Origin: Octopus bimaculoides
Lineage: Eukaryota
NCBI RefSeq assembly: GCF_001194135.2
Contig: NC_068989.1
Location: forward strand, 12,905,589-12,969,588
Direction of reading: 5' to 3'
DNA: 64,000 bases
This document shows positions 1 to 12,010 of this stretch, piece after piece; position 1 is the stretch's first letter, and each line of letters opens with the position of its first letter. Made by a program: the position numbers and the translations under genes. The notes beneath the pieces are model-generated. The model saw nothing but the letters and a program-made list of their open reading frames with translations. It did not search any database and was not told the origin of the DNA.

Positions 1-333
1 CACGGTTTCGATTCCCAGACCGGGTGTTTTGAGTGTTTATTGAGCGAAAACACCTAAAGCTCCACGAGGCTCCGGCAGGGGATGGTGGCGAACCCTGCTG
101 TACTCTTTCACCACAACTTTCTCTCACTCTTACTTCCTGTTTCTGTTGTACCTGTAATTCAAAGGGTCAGCCTTGTCACACTGTTTCACGCCGAATATCC
201 CCGAGAATTACGTTAAGGGTACACGTGTCTGTGGAGTGCTCAGCCACTTGCACGTTAATTTCACGAGCAGGCTGCTCCGTTGATTGGATCAACTGGAACC
301 CGCGACGTCGTAATCGACGGAGTGCCAGCAACT
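1..333 (+). mobile_element. tRNA-derived SINE, type C; 5' head cut by the window edge
   Basis: Starts at the B-box-like GGTTTCGATTCC and aligns by eye along its whole length with the full copy at 60402-60790. Confidence 0.85.
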
Positions 334-744
334 GATAAAATCCTAGTTGTGGATAAAAAAAATGCAGGAAGATCAGTTAATTATGATTTTATTCAACAGA
401 TTTCCCTCTCAGATTCACACAATTATTGTAGTTGTCCTTCAGTTTTTTGTAGCCCTGTAAAAGATCTTGGAAAAATGAGCCTCCAACCTCTACATACATG
501 TTTACATACAGACACTCAAACATATAGAACTGTTTTCATTTATATGAGTATAAACAAATATATGAATGCATGGAAACATACATCGGATATGCAAGTATTC
601 AATATCTGTATATATTCATAGGGGTAAACATCTACATATGTATTTGAATGAATAATCATGCAAGCATGTAGCTTTATACAGTCTCACATAAAGACATACG
701 AACAACTGATGTTTTGTTTGTTATTTGATGTTCAATATTAGTAA

Positions 745-1016
745 CTAAGTGCAATCCAATATAGCATTTTCTGCAGCTATGTTTTGCAGATCGTAGAACC
801 AGCCGAGTCACGGTGTTATATAATATCTGAGTAACTATTATGATTTGCACGCAATTGAAAACATTCAGTACTCCAATCATGGCTCATTGAACAGCAGTAA
901 TAACACTGTACAGTGCAAAACTTGTAAACTTACTGCTTGCATGTTTGACAGTAGATACTACTAATATGATAGGGGGTGAAAGAACTTATAGTTTGTCATA
1001 CCATAATTATGACAGA
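745..1016 (+). repeat. Unclassified ~270-bp interspersed repeat; inverted copy at 50187-50463
   Basis: Reverse complement of 50187-50463, with shared blocks such as CAATCATGGCTCATTGAACAGC, ATGATTTGCACGCAATTGAAAACAT and CTTACTGCTTGCATGTTT. Confidence 0.8.
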
Positions 1017-1030
1017 GGTTTTGGTACATA

Positions 1031-1451
1031 CCGTAAATCCTGGAGTATAACCCGCAATTTTTTTCAAAAATTTAAAGGTGAAAATTTCTAGTGCGTACTA
1101 TATACGAGGTTAAAAATGAAAAATATTTTCTAAGCAAAATGTTCTAAGTGATAAATATGTAAAGGCAATTTACTTAATATTTATTTTTCACTGACTTTAT
1201 TACTGTTATTTCTTTATTTTCTACAAAAGGCACAAAAAAGCTACACGTTTGCATTATGTTATATATACAATAATAAAAAAGGACGTTACCGTATATACAT
1301 TTACAAACCAAGGCCGTTATATAGACCTCTTTGACTCAAGTTAGAGAAGGGGTGCGTATTATACACAAGGTTTAGGTTTTTCAGACGTACAGCCCCCTAA
1401 AAATTCCCTGCGTATTATACTCAAGGGCGGAGTATACTCGAGGACTTACGG
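1031..1451. mobile_element. Non-autonomous Tc1/mariner (pogo/Tigger-like) MITE, 421 bp, TA target-site duplication
   Basis: TA|CCGTAAATCCTGGAGTATA at the left end and TATACTCGAGGACTTACGG|TA at the right end form a 19-bp TIR with 2 mismatches. TA flanks at 1029-1030 and 1452-1453; no ORF. Confidence 0.85.
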
Positions 1452-1460
1452 TACATTTTT

Positions 1461-1729
1461 GAAGCTTAGTACTTATTCTATCGGTCTCTTGACGAACCGC
1501 TAAGATACGACACGATCTGTCACACTGTAGTGGAGTGACAAACACCAACACACATCCCCCCTACACACACCTTTTTGATCGGACTTCTTTTAATTCCCGT
1601 CTTCGAAATCCACTGACAAGGCTATAGTAGAAATAACTTGCCGAATGTGCTAAGCAGTGAAACTGAACGTCTGAAGTCAACTCAATGTGCTTGAGAAGCA
1701 AGGTTCTTCCCACACAGCCACACCTGCGC
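1461..1729 (-). mobile_element. Degenerate SINE, type A
   Basis: Matches the reverse complement of type A copies (TACTTATTCTATCGGTCTCTT...GAACCGCTAAG; head ...CCACACAGCCACACCTGCGC). Confidence 0.7.
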
Positions 1730-2593
1730 GATATATATTATTAAACCTATCGTACACAAATTTCATTTTTACATTATAATCCTCATAATTACGCAGGGCT
1801 GGTGCTAAATTCATCTTCTCACAGATGGTATATCGAATAAATTGAATATACTGAAGTTAATTTGGTCACGGAAATAAGAATGCTGTTGATTAAAGTAGAC
1901 AAATAGGAATTTATGCAGTTCCACATCTAATAAATGATTGCTGGCGTGTACTTTTGAAATTATATTGTTATGATGTAGAAGTATGATTCGGTATAAACCT
2001 ATCTTCATAAGGTGAATGTGTGTGTAATTCTTCTTACACACATGTGCATTTGCTCGTATATATATATATATATATNNNNNNNNNNNNNNNNNNNNNNNNN
2101 NNNNNNNNNNNNNNNNNNNNNNNNNNNNNNNNNNNNNNNNNNNNNNNNNNNNNNNNNNNNNNNNNNNNNNNNNNNNNNNNNNNNNNNNNNNNNNNNNNNN
2201 NNNNNNNNNNNNNNNNNNNNNNNNNNNNNNNNNNNNNNNNNNNNNNNNNNNNNNNNNNNNNNNNNNNNNNNNNNNNNNNNNNNNNNNNNNNNNNNNNNNN
2301 NNNNNNNNNNNNNNNNNNNNNNNNNNNNNNNNNNNNNNNNNNNNNNNNNNNNNNNNNNNNNNNNNNNNNNNNNNNNNNNNNNNNNNNNNNNNNNNNNNNN
2401 NNNNNNNNNNNNNNNNNNNNNNNNNNNNNNNNNNNNNNNNNNNNNNNNNNNNNNNNNNNNNNNNNNNNNNNNNNNNNNNNNNNNNNNNNNNNNNNNNNNN
2501 NNNNNNNNNNNNNNNNNNNNNNNNNNNNNNNNNNNNNNNNNNNNNNNNNNNNNNNNNNNNNNNNNNNNNNNNNNNNNNNNNNNNNNNNNNNNN

Positions 2594-2628
<35 letters not shown>

Positions 2629-2638
2629 ATATATAAAT

Positions 2639-2675
<37 letters not shown>

Positions 2676-2779
2676 CACACTTTATAGCCAAATACATAGA
2701 GATACACATACATACACCCACATATATACACATACATACATACAAACATATATAGATATATATATGTATCCACACACAA

Positions 2780-2841
<62 letters not shown>

Positions 2842-3430
2842 ATGTATTGTCGCATATGACATAGATGCAGAAGCGCTAACAAGCCACAATTTCGGAGAAT
2901 AATTCAATTAGACATGGGGTCTTTAGAGGCGTAGATACAGCCTGTATCTATGACATTTGGTTGGCGCCTGCTTTGACGATTCCTATTGTCGGAACAATGG
3001 TATGTTTGATCATAGAAGGAGATACGGAAGAATTCTGATGGGACAAACTAAAAGATGAAAAACAATGAAGCAAGCTAATACAGGACACGTTTTATATCTC
3101 CTCTCGCTAATTCCATGAAGTTAAAGCATTTGGGAATCAACGGGAAAACAATATAAGTATGCAACATTTTCAATGGAAGAAAATATCTTATTCTAGTTTA
3201 CAGAAAAGGATGCATTAAATAGGACGTACTAATTTAATGCATATCTGTGTCACGCGAAATCAGCCTTTTGGTTCTTTAACATCTGCACACTTAGAAAGAT
3301 GGCTGATAAAGCGTAGTTGCCTGTAATTATTATCGCCCAATCGATACACAATCTACAGCTTAAAGACAAAGATATATACACACATACGTACACGCTCATA
3401 TATAGCTAAACACATATACGCATACATACA

Positions 3431-3484
<54 letters not shown>

Positions 3485-4698
3485 NNNNNNNNNNNNNNNN
3501 NNNNNNNNNNNNNNNNNNNNNNNNNNNNNNNNNNNNNNNNNNNNNNNNNNNNNNNNNNNNNNNNNNNNNNNNNNNNNNNNNNNNNNNNNNNNNNNNNNNN
3601 NNNNNNNNNNNNNNNNNNNNNNNNNNNNNNNNNNNNNNNNNNNNNNNNNNNNNNNNNNNNNNNNNNNNNNNNNNNNNNNNNNNNNNNNNNNNNNNNNNNN
3701 NNNNNNNNNNNNNNNNNNNNNNNNNNNNNNNNNNNNNNNNNNNNNNNNNNNNNNNNNNNNNNNNNNNNNNNNNNNNNNNNNNNNNNNNNNNNNNNNNNNN
3801 NNNNNNNNNNNNNNNNNNNNNNNNNNNNNNNNNNNNNNNNNNNNNNNNNNNNNNNNNNNNNNNNNNNNNNNNNNNNNNNNNNNNNNNNNNNNNNNNNNNN
3901 NNNNNNNNNNNNNNNNNNNNNNNNNNNNNNNNNNNNNNNNNNNNNNNNNNNNNNNNNNNNNNNNNNATCTATGTATATATACATATATATTGATACACAC
4001 GTATATATTTATATATACATACATATTTATACATGATATTTAAATATATATATACTTATAAATTTATATCCATATGTAAATGCATATAAATGTAGGGACA
4101 TATATACGTATATATGCCCGTTACGTAGGTTATTTGTGTTTAGGTTTGAGAAGAAAAATATGGAAGCTAGAAGAAGAGATATAATCACGATAAACATACA
4201 AAACTCAGGAGAAAATATAATAGCGGAATATATAATGATATGAGTATTTAGATAAGAAAGATATCTAACAAAATGATCGATATCATATATATTGTTATGG
4301 GAAAATAGAAGTTAATTGTAATATAGAATGGTCGTATTCTTAAGTAAATTTAGATGAAAAAATAATCTCCGGATAAAAGAAATATATAGATTATAGAAAG
4401 AAACTACGAAAATTTTTCAGTGAGGTATTTGCTGAAGCTATATTTCTATTTGAAAATCTATGTGGTTTTTGCTACGTTGGCATATTTTCAGTTTAACCTA
4501 TATCTTTGCAAAATATCAATAATTTTTAATGTGTGCAATGTTGTCTTGGGTGAATTCTGAAATATAATTAATATCTCAACTCATTAAAGAATATTTTTTT
4601 CAATACCATTAATTCATTTATTTCTAAATTCTAATGAAACTGTCTATGGCTTAAAACTTATTCAGCGTAAAGTTATACATAGAAATATATAAGTAAAT

Positions 4699-5056
4699 AG
4701 GCCTGGGTGGAATAGAAACTATGTATGCAGTCATGGAGTTTCGCGTTCTATCCCACTACGGGGCACCGTAGGCCGCTCTTTTCTAGAATAGCTTTGGGGT
4801 GATCATTGCCTTGCGAGTGTATTTGCAGGACAGAAACTATGTGGAATCTTGTAATGCATATGTATCTATTCGTGTTTCTATTTGTGTTTGAGTTTGTCTC
4901 ACCTTCCGGTGCTTCACAACCTATAATTTATTGCTTCGGCAAAACAGACGAATAGAAGTACAGGATCTTAAAGAAAAAAGCTTTTCAGTCGATATGTCCG
5001 ACTAATCCCTCTATGGAGATGTCCAAGCATGGCCACCCTTCAATGACTGAAACGAG
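4699..5056 (+). mobile_element. Highly degenerate SINE, type A
   Basis: Remnants of head (TCCCACTACGGGGCACC), middle (GCTTCACAACC, CTTCGGCAAAA) and tail (CAAGCATGGCC...AATGACTGAAAC). Confidence 0.6.
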
Positions 5057-5583
5057 TATCATATTTAAGACACAATGCATTCCCCTCATGCACACACATA
5101 CATATACATACACATACATCTACGCACATACATACACACACGCATACGTACGTGCATGCATACATAAAACATACATATCTGTGTGTACGCGCGTGTTAGT
5201 AGATGTATCCTAGACGAATGGTATAACACACTGGGCAGATGACTTTCAATTTTGCCTGAAGTCGACACAAATTTTGTGAGGGGAAATTTATATGCGTAAA
5301 AAGTTTGGTCGGATGGATTGTACTTGTAATTCAAAAGCTTTAATTGTCACTCGTTGTGCCAGGACGATTGTTCCTAAGATGTCTGTGGAATATACATACA
5401 GGCACTTCAAATATCTATTCAACTTGTAAACTGAACCGAGAATTCATCCAACACCATTGAAAATGTATCTCTCTCATCATCATTTCCCATGTACTTATTT
5501 ATTTACGCTGTATACCTTTTTGTATACAAATCCCTTCGTTTTTTTGCTTGAATGTTTTTTACCATATATGTCGCCCGGTGACA

Positions 5584-6510
<927 letters not shown>

Positions 6511-6519
6511 GATATGCTC

Positions 6520-7370
6520 TTCTGCTTCACAGTTCGAGGCCAAATGCCTCCAGGGTCGACTTTGCTTTTTATCCTTTTCGGTCCGATAAGATAAAAACCG
6601 GCCAAATACTGAACTGAATGTAATCTACTTACCAATCCCTTTAAAATCTCACTGTTGTGTGCAAAAAGTTTGAGACCATTATTATTATTATCATTGATCT
6701 AGCAGAAAGACTGCCGCGCCGAGAACAAATAACAAGCGTCATTTCATGAGGCCTTACGTTTTGAGTAAAGTCAGATGACATTTCTTTCATCTTTTCGGAG
6801 TCGATAAAATAAGTAGCGGTTGATTCCTGTGATCGGTGTAATCGGCTATCAACGCCCCTCAAAAAAATATACTACTTTCAGGTTTTATGTCTATATTAGA
6901 AAGGATTATTATCGTCACTATAATTGCTAACTTTATTGTGCTGGCACAACTGTTAGCGCGCCGAAGGCGGTGAGCTATCTGAATCATTAGCGCCACGGAC
7001 GAGATGCTTAGCGGTATTTTGCTCGTCATTACGTTGTGAGTTCAAATTCCATCGAGGTCAGTTTTGCCTTTCATCCTTTCGGGTTCGATAAATTAAGTAC
7101 CAGTTGTATACTGAAGTCGATCTAATCGACTGGCCTCTTTCCCCAACATTCAGGCCTTGTTCATATGTTAGCGCGCCGAGTATAATGCTTAGCAGCATTT
7201 CTTACCTCTGTCAACATTCTACTTTCAAATAAAACAGAGGTCAACTTTTACTTTACGCTCTTCCGGATCGATGGAATAAAGTACAACCACGTACTGGGCT
7301 CAATAAAATCGATTAACAGTTTCCTAAAATTACTGAAGTTTGTGACAAAATGTTGGAACAATTTTTATTA
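6520..7370 (+). mobile_element. Cluster of about 4 same-orientation SINE type B copies, one nested
   Basis: Core GAGGTCGACTTTGCCTTTCATCCTTTCGGGGTCGATAAATTAAGTACC variants recur at about 6553, 6780, 7055 and 7237; head AAGGCGGTGAGCT at 6964. Confidence 0.75.
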
Positions 7371-8944
7371 TCGTTTTTCTTCCTTTAATATAAGAAAATG
7401 TAAAAGCAGAAAAGATGTCGATCAATTTACATATTTCCAATGTCTCGTTGTTTTGTTTTTCTAGTCGTAAAGAAACTCTAAACTTTTTGGTGGACTCTAT
7501 GTATACAGCTGTACAGTCTTGAGTGTATGGTTGCAATTACGTTAGTATTTCATTCTCAGCTTTGCGTTATCATAACTTATATGACTTGAAGATTTTATTG
7601 TTGCTATTGCCTAGATTTCTTCAACACTGTAAATATCCGGGGTACTACGTATTGTATCTTTATCAGTTGTTACCCATATTTCAAGCAAACGGTTAAGCAG
7701 AGGAAATAGATATTTGATGACGACCGGATAAAGTTGTTGACAATATCTTACGTTTTATTTCCTACCATATCTATTTCCATTTGAAAGCTAAGCAAGAGGA
7801 AACAATAAATCACTAAATTTTCCCCTCTTCTATGGAATTCAGATAATGAATGTAATTTTCACTCCTTAATATCCCAAAACGAGGCCACACAAGACGACGA
7901 CGATAAAAAAAATGAAATCTGAAGTGTTAATGGGAATTGATACGGTAGAATTTTTATTTAGGATTACTTGGACCGCTATTATAATCCTAATCTTCATACG
8001 TAATATTGGATGTTACCCTTGGCAAATTACAGCACATTATACAGGAACTAGAATTTATCTTCGCTTGATAGCATTTCGTTTTTCCACAAGCCTCTTTCTA
8101 CTAGGATATTTAAATCGCGTGACGAAGCATCACTCCTGGAAATCAAAGCCTGAATAATCTTCTGATGCATATTCAGAAGAAAATATTGATGGTTGTATAT
8201 TCGCGTAAGACTTGGAAAATTAATGGGTTTAAAGAGTTACTATCTAAACTGAACCTGCTAGTCAATTATTAAACCCTTTTGCAAGAATGTTTTAGGAAAT
8301 TCATTTCTACCTGCTGCACGAAGAAAGTAAAATGTCAGACATAGTGTTCCAAACGAGCAATTAATTACTCCATTTAGACAATGAATCTAGTTAACTAATG
8401 GATTTAAGCGACTTTTCTGGTAATATGAGACGGAATATATCTTCTAATATAGAATGTCTTATGCTAAAACAACCGTAAAAAGATCTGTATTACTCCATTG
8501 AAGGTATAAATTTTAAGGAACACTAGAGTAATTACTGAGGAGGACAAGCTTAGACTTAATGAAATCTGGAAAAAACTCAATCTTATGGATGCCGGTTATA
8601 CAATGGCATTTTCATAGGATAAAATTGTACCGTCGGTTAAGAATCGTATTTGGGTAACGATGTATACATTTTGATGTCTGCGTGAAATTTCACAGAATAT
8701 TCCAACTCAATAAATGATACAGTGACTAAAGTCATATGAGAGACGGTCCTCCAGTGAATACGTAGGTGTTTTTGAATAAAATCTACGCTACGTGGCACGA
8801 TGTGGGTATCGAAGCCTGTTACACGGATGATTGCAGTTTATGAATTCAGTATTGTTACTGGCAAAAGAGACACTGGAATTGTTTCTTGATAAATTTCCTC
8901 ATCGGAAACGTAACAGGAGAAAAATGTCATAATGAATACAGGTA

Positions 8945-9099
8945 GGCGTAGGCGTGGCTGTGAGGTTGCTTCCGAACCATATGCTTCCGGGTTCAGACCC
9001 ACTTACTGGTACCTTGGGCAGGTGTTTCCTACTATACCGACAAGACGACCAAAGCCTTCTGAGCGGATTTGGCAGACGGAAACTGAAACAAGCCCATTG

Positions 9100-9100
<1 letters not shown>
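8945..9100 (+). mobile_element. SINE type A, 5' half
   Basis: GGCGTAGGCGTGGCTGTG...CCGGGTTCAGACCCACT...GACGGAAACTGAAACAAGCCC, followed by CA/TA repeats. Confidence 0.8.
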
Positions 9101-9145
<45 letters not shown>

Positions 9146-9149
<4 letters not shown>

Positions 9150-9482
9150 CCCCGGGACTTATTCTTTGTAAGCCTAGTACTTATTGTATCGGTCTCTTTT
9201 GCTGAACCGCTAAGTGACGGGGACATAAACACACCAGCATCGGTTGTCAAGCAATGGTAGGGGGACAAACACAGACACACAAACACACACACACATACAT
9301 ACATATATATACATATATACGACGAGCTTCTTTCAGTTTCCATCTACCAAATCCACTCACAAGGCTTTGGTCGGCCCGAGGCTATAGTAGAAGACACTTG
9401 CCCAAGGTGCCACGCAGTGGGACTGAACCCGGGACCATGTGGTTGGTAAGCAAGCTACTTACCATACAGCCACTCCTGCGCC
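9146..9482 (-). mobile_element. SINE type A, near full length and well conserved
   Basis: Reverse strand reads GGCGCAGGAGTGGCTGTATGG (A-box-like), GGGTTCAGTCCC (B-box-like), an internal TA/TG tract and then the 3' module. Confidence 0.9.
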
Positions 9483-9519
<37 letters not shown>

Positions 9520-10023
9520 GTAAGAAATGGAAAACAAAATAAACTGAACAATTATAAAAATCCAATTCAATTTAGATATTTTATGCAAACAAATAACACA
9601 TCTCATAAATCACAGATGGTTCTGCTTCATTAATAAAATGAAGATTTAAGAATAATCAAATCCGTTTGAATATGTAATGATGCTTCATCAAATAGACGTA
9701 TCTGCTACAGTATTTGACGAAAAGTACTAATTGAAAATATTTATAACTGCTAAGGCTTTACGAAGACGCTTTATAAGAGCGACCTTGATCATAATTAAGT
9801 AAAATATCTAGCTGTAATTACGTAAATTCCTAAATTGGAATCTATAAACATTCAGTTCTATAACCGATTTTATTGCACAATACACACGTTTATATATACA
9901 TATTTATATATACTCACATACACCTATCATTTATTGATATAGGTAATATAAACCAGTTTATTCTTCGGATATTTAATATCCCTTAGGGGAATTTTACACC
10001 TAGCTAAATTGTTATTTTAAAAT

Positions 10024-10058
<35 letters not shown>

Positions 10059-10124
10059 ATAAAGAGGTGTCTTTCTGTCTGTGATTGTGCCACGACGACG
10101 ACCACCACCACCACTTTACAACTG

Positions 10125-10220
10125 GATTTAACAAATAAGTACTGAGGCTATTCATTCGACTAAAAGTTGAAGGTGGTGCACTAGCCTGGCCGAAGTCTAA
10201 TGACTGAAACAGGTAAACTA
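10125..10220 (+). mobile_element. SINE type A tail fragment
   Basis: ATAAGTACTGAGG...TTCGACTAAA...GGTGGTGCACTAGCCTGGCCG...AATGACTGAAAC. Confidence 0.6.
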
Positions 10221-10373
10221 AAGGAACATCACTTGCTACACATAGATATAACAAGAGATTATGCACCGTAATTGTTGCGGGATTTTTTCTCTGAGCATAA
10301 ATTTCTTCCAATAGACATTGTGTGATCAACAACAGTAAGCTGCACACATACACAAGCACATGTGTGTTTGTTT

Positions 10374-10424
<51 letters not shown>

Positions 10425-12010
10425 GTATCCTAGTGTCGCTATAGTATGTATTGACATACGAATGTGAAATTTTCTGTTAGTTATTTTCACTGTATGTAAT
10501 TAATATATGACCATAACTACCTACATATAGCGTGCTGCCATAAACATGAAGCTTTCTTTGATTAGGTATATGTGTTTGTCTTTAAGTTCAATTATGGAAC
10601 TCGATTGAATATAATTCTGTTGTGTTTCTTGCAGACAACTTAAAAATTTTTGACAATTATTGACGTTGTATTTTCATATTTGTTTTTGTTTGAGTGTATT
10701 AATTCTTATTAAAAGTAAGCCATAATTGTATTAACATTCATTTGGAATTATTTTGTCAGATGTCACTCAGAGGCAGACATAACATGTTTCAAATATATAA
10801 CGTTGTTTCTGTTGTTCGAGTGATTAAATCTTGAACGTAAACTTAGTCAGTGGCTGTCAGAATTTGTAGAACGTCGTATGGAAACAATATATTGAGGTAA
10901 TTAGACGTGTTCTTTTTAAGCAAACAGTTCAAATCTCATCGAAGAGCATTCTCCGAACATTATAGATGAACACTTTTATTGCTACACATTGTACGCAAAA
11001 TCAATACATTCAATAGACCACTGTAATTTGATTCGTACTGAAATTACTGACTCCAGAAAAATGAAAAGCCAAACAATCTTCTACGCATTTGGAGGAAAGG
11101 ATAAAGAGTGAATGAGTTATTTAAGCTAGGTTCTTTTTTTCTTTCCTATCTTTATATCCACTTCTTTCATCAACGGTATTCTTTTCCGAAGCATAGCAGT
11201 AGCAGGATTTGCTTGTACTATGATCCTTTTGAACCCCTTATTTCTATTACCTATATTACATATGCCTGATCGACCCTTGGGCTGCTGCTAAACACAAGTG
11301 TTTTCTTATCCCCAGAAATATAACATAATCTATATTTTCGTTTGCATCTTGAAGCTGCAAGAGAATTACTGTCTCTTTTGCTTATTAGGTATTTTCGTAG
11401 CTGCTTCCAGTCCTTGGAGTACACATACTTAGTCTTCGAAGTGTTACGTCATATAGGGGTCACGAGTCCAAGTGAAATTGCGACATTCGAAGACTCTCTG
11501 CTTTTATCTGAAAACTTTACCTTCCTCACCTCTTGTAAAGTACGCCTCAAGGTACCACTGTTTCTGAGGAGGCTTTCAGTTGATATCAGGATCTTGCTGA
11601 TTTTAATGCCTATGGAGTGGATTTCCCCAATCAAATATCTCATATGCTGGAATCAGCTCTAGTTTTACAAATGCATTATAGGATAGTGTCTTGTTAAAAA
11701 GAGAAGAGTTCCGACTGTCATATTTTTCTAAGTCTGTTATAATATACACGGGTTACTCAATCTTTATTTACAGCGACTTTGTAAGTTACATTTTAATCAA
11801 TGCCTAAGTATTCGTAGCATATTTTGTGTGGAAGAGAAGCGATAGTGAAACCGTTGACGCAGTGGATCTCAGTCTGACGGACTGACTTTCCACGTTCAAC
11901 AATCAATTACAAATATTTTTGGCCAATTCCCATTCCTATATCAGCTGAAAATATGGTTCTTAACTCCATCTGTTTTATATGCACGTAGGTACATACGTAT
12001 GTATGTATAT

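Noticed and set aside
11342-11662. 106-aa plus-strand ORF and overlapping 64-aa minus-strand ORF
   Set aside because: No recognisable motif or splice support; possibly an old TE remnant.
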